A stretch of DNA of 64,000 bases. Source: Gemmatimonadales bacterium (GTDB taxonomy: Bacteria > Gemmatimonadota > Gemmatimonadetes > Gemmatimonadales > GWC2-71-9). Both the position numbers and the translations under genes were made by a program. Under the pieces are notes generated by a model that was not told the origin of the DNA, searched no databases, and saw only the letters and a program-made list of their open reading frames with translations. Shown here in pieces: positions 27,844 through 35,459 of the stretch (within the stretch, counting starts at the first letter, position 1; every line of letters begins with the position of its first letter). The stretch covers positions 34,814-98,813 of the forward strand of contig JBFGJG010000011.1 in the NCBI GenBank assembly GCA_041577295.1. The letters run 5' to 3'.

Positions 27844-28317
27844 ATGAAACCGCGTGTTGTTCCCGGCCCCGGGCAGGAATCTGTGTGGGACTATCCCCGC
27901 CCGCCGCGAGCCGAGCCATTCTCCGGGCACATCCAAGTCCTGGTGGGGGACGTCACAATCGCCGATACGACCCGCGCCATTCGGGTACTCGAGACGAGCC
28001 ATCCTCCCGTGTATTACATCCCACCGGAGGACGTGCAGCTGATGCACCTGCGCCCAACACGAGGTTCGTCGTTCTGCGAGTGGAAAGGGACGGCGGCGTA
28101 TTTCGACATTATCATTGGCGACCGCAGGATCGAACGCGTGGCGTGGTGTTATCCATCTCCAACGGCGTCCTTCGGCTCGCTGAAGGATCACGTTGCGTTT
28201 TACGCCCATTTGGTCGACGAGTGTCTGGTGGATGGCGAGCGGGCACGTCCGCAGGCAGGAGGGTTTTACGGTGGATGGATCACCAGCTCGGTCGTGGGCC
28301 CGTTCAAGGGCGAGTAG
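27844..28317 (+). CDS. DUF427 domain protein
   Basis: ESVWDYPRPP...VLETSHPPVYYIP..DV....L......CEWKG.A.Y matches the DUF427 pattern. Confidence 0.8.
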   Translation: MKPRVVPGPGQESVWDYPRPPRAEPFSGHIQVLVGDVTIADTTRAIRVLETSHPPVYYIPPEDVQLMHLRPTRGSSFCEWKGTAAYFDIIIGDRRIERVAWCYPSPTASFGSLKDHVAFYAHLVDECLVDGERARPQAGGFYGGWITSSVVGPFKGE

Positions 28318-28442
28318 GACGCATCTCGGTGTGGGCATGCACCTTGCGATCCCAATGGGCGCACGGTCGCGACAGGGGTGATCAAAGTTCGCTGGACCCG
28401 CGGACGGAGATGCCCAAAATTGGAAGTATCAAGGAGGCCGCT

Positions 28443-29027
28443 ATGAGCCGCCACGCCGCATTGCTCGCCGTCCTCGCCTCACTCGCAGTTCCTCTCGCTC
28501 TGTGTGCCCAGCAATCGTCGGAGATCTACGTCAACGGCGCGCTCGTGACGCAGGAGCAAATCCGAGAGCTGCAGCAGCGCATGGGCTTGCCGTCGGAGGC
28601 CCACATACCAGGGGGGCGTTACTGGTACGACAACATCTCCGGGCTGTGGGGGATGGAGGGAGGGCCCACGCAGGGGCAGCTCCTCCCCGGGCTCGAGCTC
28701 GGTGGGCCGCTACAGTTCGATGCGTCCGGGGGTCAAAGCACCGTGATTATCAACGGTCGGGCGATTCACCCACTCGAGGTTGCCTACCTGCAGCGCATCT
28801 TTGGCTATGTGATTCCGGGGCGGTACTGGCTCAATTGGCAGGGCATCGGAGGACCGGAAGGGGGTCCGGCCATGTTCAATCTCCTCGCCGCGGCCCAGCA
28901 GGCCGGGGGTGCGGGAGGAGGAGGATACGGCGGGTACACTCGCAGAACGCCCTTCGGGAGCATTGGCGGGGACGGTAACTGCTCGTACTTCCTCCATCCC
29001 AACGGGTCGAGCGTCATGAACTGTTGA
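28443..29027 (+). CDS. secreted hypothetical protein with an internal ~55-aa duplication and Gly-rich tail
   Basis: AAGGAGG lies 6 nt before the ATG at 28443. Signal peptide MSRHAALLAVLASLAVPLALCAQ. The repeat [VI]NG..[VI]....LQ.R.G..IPG(G)RYW....G..G.EGGP occurs twice. Confidence 0.65.
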   Translation: MSRHAALLAVLASLAVPLALCAQQSSEIYVNGALVTQEQIRELQQRMGLPSEAHIPGGRYWYDNISGLWGMEGGPTQGQLLPGLELGGPLQFDASGGQSTVIINGRAIHPLEVAYLQRIFGYVIPGRYWLNWQGIGGPEGGPAMFNLLAAAQQAGGAGGGGYGGYTRRTPFGSIGGDGNCSYFLHPNGSSVMNC

Positions 29028-29122
29028 CGGAAGTCCACCGCCCGTCCCTTCTCCCTCTCCGGTCGGCCGGCTAATCTTCTTCGCCCCACACCCAACCGGG
29101 CATCGATTGGAGAGGAGCGTTC

Positions 29123-29599
29123 ATGGCGTTGGAAGAGGGAAAGGCCGCACCGAAATTCACGTTACCGCGACACGACGGGTCGACCGTCGCCCTGGACGAT
29201 TACCGGGGCAAGCATGTGATCGTCTATTTCTATCCAAAGGACGATACCCCCGGGTGCACGAAGGAGGCGTGCGGCTTCCGCGATCTCTCGGGCGATATCG
29301 AAGAGCACGGCGCCGTTGTCCTGGGCATCTCCCCGGACGATGGCGGATCCCATCGCCGGTTCGCCACGAAGTACGACCTGCCTTTCACCCTGCTGTCCGA
29401 TCCGGATAAGAAGGTCATGCGCCGTTACGGAGCGTGGGGTGAAAAGATGATGTATGGAAAGAAAACCACGGGTGTCATTCGCTCGACTGTTTGGATTGGG
29501 CCGGACGGTAAGGTGCGGAAGCACTGGGCCCGTGTTGCGAACGCTGCGAAGCACCCGGCGAAGGTCCTGGAAGCCCTTGAGGCTTCAGACGGGAAATAA
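29123..29599 (+). CDS. bcp: thioredoxin-dependent peroxiredoxin Bcp/PrxQ
   Basis: YFYPKDDTPGCTKEACGFRD contains the peroxidatic Cys motif. Collinear with Bcp. Confidence 0.92.
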   Translation: MALEEGKAAPKFTLPRHDGSTVALDDYRGKHVIVYFYPKDDTPGCTKEACGFRDLSGDIEEHGAVVLGISPDDGGSHRRFATKYDLPFTLLSDPDKKVMRRYGAWGEKMMYGKKTTGVIRSTVWIGPDGKVRKHWARVANAAKHPAKVLEALEASDGK

Positions 29600-29625
29600 C
29601 CCTCAGAATCGTCGAGTCTGCCACC

Positions 29626-30150
29626 ATGCCTGCCAAGACCCTGACCCGACCCTCGCCGACAGAGTACGCAGAGTTTTACGCGGGGTATGTCGACGCCGTC
29701 AGCGACGGCGATGTCTTTGCGACTCTCCGGAAGCAAATAGCCGACACGCTAGAGCTGTTGCGTACGATCGGTGAGGATCGAGCCGGTCGCGGCTATGCGC
29801 CGGGCAAGTGGACCATCAAGGAGGTCGTGGGGCACATCGTGGATGTGGAACGGGTCTTCGCGTACCGAGCTCTCTGTTTTGCCCGCGCAGAAGCCGCCCC
29901 TCAGCCTGGCTTCGATCAAGACGCGTATGTGGCGACGGCCCAATTCAACCGGCGAACGCTGGCGTCGCTTTCGGAAGAGCTGGAGCGGGTCCGCGCCGCC
30001 ACCGTTGCATTGTTCGAGGGATTTGGCGACGAGGTGTGGGAACGTGGCGGTATGGCGAACGACGTGCCGTTCACCGTTCGCGCGCTCCCGTACATCATTG
30101 CCGGACACGAGGCACATCACGTGGCCGTCATTCGCGAGCGGTACCTCTAA
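29626..30150 (+). CDS. DinB-family protein
   Basis: DinB_2-like four-helix pattern with the conserved His triad context (VGHIVDVE ... GHEAHH). Confidence 0.8.
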   Translation: MPAKTLTRPSPTEYAEFYAGYVDAVSDGDVFATLRKQIADTLELLRTIGEDRAGRGYAPGKWTIKEVVGHIVDVERVFAYRALCFARAEAAPQPGFDQDAYVATAQFNRRTLASLSEELERVRAATVALFEGFGDEVWERGGMANDVPFTVRALPYIIAGHEAHHVAVIRERYL

Positions 30151-30247
30151 TTGCGTGCGTGATGGTCCCGGATCAAAAGCGAGTTTTCGTAATTGTGATA
30201 TTGATCACAGATGGCTCCCGGGCTCCTTCGTGGTGTATTGTTACCGT

Positions 30248-30862
30248 ATGAGCGCACGCGTGCTGAGGGCCGTCTTGCTCGGAATCGGAAGTCTCGGAAC
30301 CGTCCCCCTTGCTGCTCAGGTGCCGGCGGGAGACTTCATGACGACCGGCGGTATCTACCGGGCGGCGGCGGTCGTCGACTCCGTCTTCATTGATCGGTCC
30401 ATTCCCGAGTCGACGGTGAAGGGTGGAGACTTCGCTTCGTATCTCATGGCCCGGCTCGGGATCATTCCCATTCCACACGATCTTGGCTTTCGCGTCGTCG
30501 TTGACAGCGCGAACATCGTTCTCAACGGCCGAGTAACCGATCTTCCTGCACAGGCGCGGGATGAGTTGGGGATGCTCCTCGCCATGGTGCCGCGGGAGAC
30601 GCCCGTGACAGCACTGATCGATCTGGTTTCTTCGGGCCCACGCGCTGTGCGTTTCCGGCTGGCCTCCGTGACGTTGGGCGGGATTCCCGTGCCCGAGGCC
30701 CTGCTACAAACGGTCATGTCCCACGTTGGCCGTCGCTACGCTGCTCTCACCAAGTCCGGCCGAGACCTCTACGTCGAAATTCCAGAACACGCGCGTGTAA
30801 TTCTCGCGCTGGGCCACGTTCGTCTCGTTGGCCCGGTGCCCCCAACCACCAACGGTCAGTGA
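30248..30862 (+). CDS. secreted hypothetical protein
   Basis: Start trimmed to the ATG at 30248 (MSARVLRAVLLGIGSLGTVPLAAQ signal peptide). The upstream part of the track ORF is an out-of-frame shadow of the DinB gene. Confidence 0.6.
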   Translation: MSARVLRAVLLGIGSLGTVPLAAQVPAGDFMTTGGIYRAAAVVDSVFIDRSIPESTVKGGDFASYLMARLGIIPIPHDLGFRVVVDSANIVLNGRVTDLPAQARDELGMLLAMVPRETPVTALIDLVSSGPRAVRFRLASVTLGGIPVPEALLQTVMSHVGRRYAALTKSGRDLYVEIPEHARVILALGHVRLVGPVPPTTNGQ

Positions 30863-31386
30863 ACGTGTTCGATCTGACGTCGTCCCTGGCAGTGCTTGAA
30901 CGCACGCCGGGAGCGCTGGACGCGTTGCTACGCGGCTTACCGGACTCATGGGTGCGGCACGCCGAAGGACCGAACACGTGGAGCGCCTTCGACGTGGTCG
31001 GTCACCTGATTCACGGCGAACGTACGGATTGGGTGCCGCGACTGCGCATCATTCTGGATCACGGACCGGCAGTGCCTTTTGTGCCGTTCGACCGCTTCGC
31101 GATGTTCGAAGCCAGCAGAGGCAAGTCATTGGATCAGCTGTTGGATGAGCTCGCGCGCCTGCGCGCGGAGAACCTGAAGACGGTTCGCGCGTTTGACTTG
31201 TCGCCCTCGGATTTTGATCGGGCAGGAACGCATCCGGAACTCGGTCGGGTCACCCTGGGACAGCTCCTCGCCAGCTGGGTCGTACACGATCTGGGACACA
31301 TTGCGCAGATCGCACGGGTAATGGCGAAGCAGTATGCCGGCGCTGTGGGTCCCTGGATGGAGTATATGCCGGTTCTACATCGTTAA
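30859..31386 (+). CDS. DinB-family protein (second copy)
   Basis: GTGA start/stop overlap with the preceding gene. VVGHLIHGERTDW ... VHDLGH is the DinB metal-site pattern. Confidence 0.8.
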   Translation: MNVFDLTSSLAVLERTPGALDALLRGLPDSWVRHAEGPNTWSAFDVVGHLIHGERTDWVPRLRIILDHGPAVPFVPFDRFAMFEASRGKSLDQLLDELARLRAENLKTVRAFDLSPSDFDRAGTHPELGRVTLGQLLASWVVHDLGHIAQIARVMAKQYAGAVGPWMEYMPVLHR

Positions 31387-31422
31387 CGCCCCCTCAGTCT
31401 GCTCCGCTACGCGGTCGGAGCG

Positions 31423-32337
31423 CTACTGTTCGTCCGAACCTTCAACCACCGGCAGCGTTTCGTCTGCGCTCCAATCCTCGAACGATCCGTCGTACATACT
31501 GGCATCGTAGCCCAGGTATCGTGCCACGAAGTACAGCAAGCTCGCCTGCTGTCCGAGGTGGCAGTAGGTCACGACACGCTTGTTGGGGGTGGCATCCGAC
31601 TCCACAAACATGGTGTGCAGCTCGTGAGGGGACTTGAACCTCCCGGAGTCATCGGTGAGGCTGGTGAATGGCAGGTTTCCAGCGCCCGGGATGTGCCCCG
31701 GGCGAAACGCGTGCATCGTGACTCCAGCTGCGCCCGTGTAGAACTGCGGTGTCCTGGCGTCCAGGACGCGCACAGCCATATCCCGATAATGCTCCCGTAC
31801 CCAGTCCCGGTCCACGACCACGTCGGAACGTGGGTGCACCGTCAAGGTTCCTCGTAACACTGCGGGTGCCGACTGCTCCGTCGGCCTCCCCTCGGCATCC
31901 CATGTTGTGAGGCCGCCATCCAGCACGGAAATCCGATTCTCGACACCGAGGTACTCCAACGTGACGAACAGGCGGCCCACCATGGTGGGATATCCTCGCG
32001 TATGGTACAACACGAGGTGCGAGTCATCGGACACACCGCTACGCTCGAGCACCTCCCGGAGGGCTTCGACGCCCGGTAGCTCGGTGTAGAGCGGTGGGCG
32101 ACGAACGGTGAAGTCATCGTACGAGAGGAGTCGTGCCCCGGGGATGTGGCCAGCCTCGTACGTGTCCGGGTTCCCCACATGGATGATCACTACCGATGGA
32201 TCGTCGAGATGGTCGGCAAGCCAACTGGTCGAGACGAGCATGTGGTCGTTGATCTGCTGCGCAGGCAGCAGGCTCACAGCCGCGAGGAGCGGTGTGGCAA
32301 GGGCGGTTACAAGCACGGAGCGAGGCAGGGCTGGCAT
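31423..32337 (-). CDS. secreted tandem-rhodanese sulfurtransferase (thiosulfate/3-mercaptopyruvate type)
   Basis: Signal peptide, two rhodanese domains, and the active-site loop YCHLGQQAS in the C-terminal domain. Confidence 0.85.
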   Translation of the reverse strand: MPALPRSVLVTALATPLLAAVSLLPAQQINDHMLVSTSWLADHLDDPSVVIIHVGNPDTYEAGHIPGARLLSYDDFTVRRPPLYTELPGVEALREVLERSGVSDDSHLVLYHTRGYPTMVGRLFVTLEYLGVENRISVLDGGLTTWDAEGRPTEQSAPAVLRGTLTVHPRSDVVVDRDWVREHYRDMAVRVLDARTPQFYTGAAGVTMHAFRPGHIPGAGNLPFTSLTDDSGRFKSPHELHTMFVESDATPNKRVVTYCHLGQQASLLYFVARYLGYDASMYDGSFEDWSADETLPVVEGSDEQ

Positions 32338-32356
32338 GGGGACTCCTGGTTCGTAG

Positions 32357-35002
32357 TTAATCGGCTCGCAGTGCGGTTGCCGGGTCGATGCTCGTGGCCC
32401 GACGGGCAGGGGCGAAGCTCGCCGCGAGAGCCACGGCCACCAGCAAGATGGAGACGGTCACGAACGTCATGGGATCCGTCGCCGCGGTATCGAACAACAA
32501 GTCGGCGAACACGCGGCCGAGAAAGATCGCGCCAACCACCCCAGCTCCAAGGCCCACGCTCACCATGACGAGTACTTGACGCACCACGAGTGCAACGACC
32601 GAACGGCGCTGGGCACCGAGCGCCATCCGCACTCCAATCTCCTGCGTGCGGCAGCTCACCGAGTAGCCGATGACGCCCGCAATGCCGGCGGCGGTGATTC
32701 CCAAGGCGACCAACGCAAAGAACGTCAGCAGCAACGTGATCAACCGTGGTGGCTGCAGGACGTCCTGACGTACCGACGAGAGCGTTTCGACTTCCGTCAC
32801 TGGCTGTTCCGGGTCGATCACGCGGGCAATCTCCCGAATGGTCATCGCTAGATCGTCTGGGGAGGACTCTGCCCGCACGATGAGGCGAAAGTCACGCATC
32901 GTATCGTGGCCGAAGTTCGCGTACATGAGCGGACCCGGTTCTCGATCCAGCCCGTACTCGCGCACATCACCCACGACCCCGACCACGGTGTGCCAAGCGT
33001 TCTCGCCGTCGTTTGGCATCACCAGGGCACCCAATGGGTTGGCATCGGGCCAGTACAGATCCGCGAGTGCCTGATTGATGACTACGACGAGATCCCCCCG
33101 CTCGTACTCACCGCCCGTGAAGGTTCGCCCGCGTAGCACGGGTATTCCCATTGCCTGGAAGTACTCGGGGCTCACCGTTCGCGAATCGCTTCGGTTGCGC
33201 GACGTCGCCGCAGCCGGCTGGCCTTTGATGGCAAACTCGAACGTGTTTGGAACGTCGACCGAGAGCGGTGCCGCGTTGGCCACCCCCGCGTGGCGGATTG
33301 CGGGCTCCGATCGCAATCGCCGGTCGATCTCATTCACGAAGCGGAGAACGTTCTCGGCGGAGTTGTAGGAACTCCAATTCAGATCAAACCGTGCCGTCAT
33401 CACGCTCTCGTGATCGAATCCGGGATCGACAGCTACCAGCTTGAGGAAGCTCCGCAGAAACAGGCCCGCCCCAATGAGAAGGAAGAAGCAAATGGCAACC
33501 TGCGATACGATGAGCCATCGGCGAGCGCCGAGCCGAGCGGAGCCACCGAGGGAGCGGAGATCGGTGGACGGGCGTTGCCGTGGAAGGGCGGGGAGTGAAC
33601 CCAAGACGAGCGCGGCAGCGATCGATACCACGAGCGTGAACAGGAGCACGACCCCGTCGATACGCACCTCGGCCGCACGCGCCGTGTAGCGCTCGACGAA
33701 CGGCACGAGCAGCTCGAGTCCCCCCACGGCCACGACGAGTCCTAGCGCACCCCCGGCGAGCGCGAGGATGGTGCTCTCGGTGAAGAGTTGTCGAAACAGG
33801 CGGACACGACCCGCACCCAAGGCGGTTCGTACGGCCATCTCCCGAGATCGGCCCACGAGCCGGGCGAGTGTCAGGTTCGCCACATTCGCACACACGATGA
33901 GGAGCAGGAAGCCCGAGGCGCCCAACAAGAAAAACAAGGGTGTTCGTGCCTCGGCGGTCATGGACTCCCGCAAGGACATCACCGCAGTACGGAACCCCTG
34001 TGAGGACGGGTAGACGGCAGGATACGACTCGTAGAGATCCTCGGAGATGGCCGCAACGTCTGCTTGTGCGCTCTCCAGCGTCTCACCTCGGCCCAGCTTC
34101 GCGTAGACGGTAATGCTGCGTGCGTCACGACTCGTAGACCAAGCGGTCCCGGAACGGAAGGGACATGCAGGTACGGGCATGTACACGACGTTGTGGTCCG
34201 GGTGATACGGCAGAGGTGGAAGCACACCGATGATCGTATGCGGCCGGTCGTTCATCTCGACCGTGCGGCCAATGACGGTTGGGTCGGCCCCGAAGTTCTG
34301 CTGCCAGAATGCGTGGCTCAGTATCAGGACCGGGTCCGCCCCATGGTCGTCTTCGTGGGGCTCGAACAGTCGGCCGAGGAATGGCTCGATTCCAAACGTG
34401 CTGAAGAAGCTCGCGGAGACGACGCCCGTTTGTACCCGCTGCGGGTCCCCGTGACCGAAGAGAATGAACGACATCGTGTGATATTCGACGACGTCGCTGA
34501 GCGCAGTGGCGCGGGCGCGGTAGTCGGCGATCTCGAGCGGAGAGAGTCCGGCGTCTTGACCTGGGGAGTTTTCCGTTGATTGAACGAGGCGAACCAGTCG
34601 ATCCTCGTCGTCAAAGGGCAGGGGCGCGAGCAGGATGCCGCTGATGAGCGAGAACACGGCGGTGTTGGCGCCGATGCCCAACGCCATGGTGACCAGCACC
34701 GCTAGCGTGAATCCGGGTGCGCGACGGAGCGTTCTGAACGCAAAGCGCAAATCTTGTCCGGCACCACGAACCGTGTGAGCGCGTCGCCGTTTGCGCACGG
34801 TTCCGGTGCGGATACGGACACAGTCACGCTCGATATCCTCACGATCCCCAAACGCATCGAGCGCTGCCCGGCGGGCTGCGTCCGGGCTCATACCGGCCGC
34901 GATGAATTCGTCGGTCAGCCGATCGAGGTGGAACTGGAGCTCTTGGGCTACCTCGCGGCGAACAGACCGGTTGCCGAGGCCTAACCGGAAGAGACGCTGC
35001 AC
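32357..35002 (-). CDS. duplicated FtsX/MacB-type ABC permease (ADOP-family orphan permease)
   Basis: Two MacB_PCD + FtsX modules. The N-terminus (V)QRLFRLGLGNRSVRREVAQELQFHLD is typical of the family. Start set at the GTG at 35002, 2 nt after the PadR stop; the track ATG at 35059 overlaps PadR. Confidence 0.85.
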   Translation of the reverse strand: MQRLFRLGLGNRSVRREVAQELQFHLDRLTDEFIAAGMSPDAARRAALDAFGDREDIERDCVRIRTGTVRKRRRAHTVRGAGQDLRFAFRTLRRAPGFTLAVLVTMALGIGANTAVFSLISGILLAPLPFDDEDRLVRLVQSTENSPGQDAGLSPLEIADYRARATALSDVVEYHTMSFILFGHGDPQRVQTGVVSASFFSTFGIEPFLGRLFEPHEDDHGADPVLILSHAFWQQNFGADPTVIGRTVEMNDRPHTIIGVLPPLPYHPDHNVVYMPVPACPFRSGTAWSTSRDARSITVYAKLGRGETLESAQADVAAISEDLYESYPAVYPSSQGFRTAVMSLRESMTAEARTPLFFLLGASGFLLLIVCANVANLTLARLVGRSREMAVRTALGAGRVRLFRQLFTESTILALAGGALGLVVAVGGLELLVPFVERYTARAAEVRIDGVVLLFTLVVSIAAALVLGSLPALPRQRPSTDLRSLGGSARLGARRWLIVSQVAICFFLLIGAGLFLRSFLKLVAVDPGFDHESVMTARFDLNWSSYNSAENVLRFVNEIDRRLRSEPAIRHAGVANAAPLSVDVPNTFEFAIKGQPAAATSRNRSDSRTVSPEYFQAMGIPVLRGRTFTGGEYERGDLVVVINQALADLYWPDANPLGALVMPNDGENAWHTVVGVVGDVREYGLDREPGPLMYANFGHDTMRDFRLIVRAESSPDDLAMTIREIARVIDPEQPVTEVETLSSVRQDVLQPPRLITLLLTFFALVALGITAAGIAGVIGYSVSCRTQEIGVRMALGAQRRSVVALVVRQVLVMVSVGLGAGVVGAIFLGRVFADLLFDTAATDPMTFVTVSILLVAVALAASFAPARRATSIDPATALRAD

Positions 35003-35004
35003 GC

Positions 35005-35379
35005 TCAGGCTTTCGCGGTGGTCAGCGCCGCGCTCACGGCTTCGGTGTAGCGAGTCCACCGCGCGATCTCAGCTTTCAGCTGTTTCCGGCCAGCGGCGGT
35101 GAGATCGTAGAACTTCGCTTCGCGCCCCGTATCCGTGCGGGCCCACTTCTCCGATAACCATCCTCTGCGCTCCAGACGGTGGAGCGCTGGATAGAGCGCC
35201 CCCTCTTTGATTTCCAAGACCCCGTCTGTCGCGTCGCGGATCCATCGGCCGATGGCATAGCCGTGTTTGGGCCCCCAGCTGAGGCCCTTGAGGATCAAGG
35301 TATCCAACGTTCCCGTATAGAGATCACTGCCGGGCAATGTTCCTCCAGGCCGAGTTCTCAAGACAATATGCCGACGCAT
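35005..35379 (-). CDS. PadR-family transcriptional regulator
   Basis: LDTLILKGLSWGPKHGYAIGRWI...GALYPALHRLERRGWL is the PadR winged-helix signature. Confidence 0.88.
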   Translation of the reverse strand: MRRHIVLRTRPGGTLPGSDLYTGTLDTLILKGLSWGPKHGYAIGRWIRDATDGVLEIKEGALYPALHRLERRGWLSEKWARTDTGREAKFYDLTAAGRKQLKAEIARWTRYTEAVSAALTTAKA

Positions 35380-35459
35380 ACCTAAATGGACAAGGTGTAT
35401 ACCAACGAGGTGTGGGACGGCGGGGCGGGGGCGGGCTCATGCGCCCGCCCGGCTGTCGT

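Noticed and set aside
27885-28442. N-terminal 186 codons of the 380-aa track ORF 27885..29027
   Set aside because: This part overlaps DUF427 in another frame and is Arg/Gly-rich. A strong AAGGAGG + ATG + signal peptide at 28443 marks the real start.
29771-30247. N-terminal part of the 363-aa track ORF 29771..30862
   Set aside because: It is an out-of-frame overlap with the DinB gene 29626..30150. The real gene starts at the ATG at 30248 with a signal peptide.
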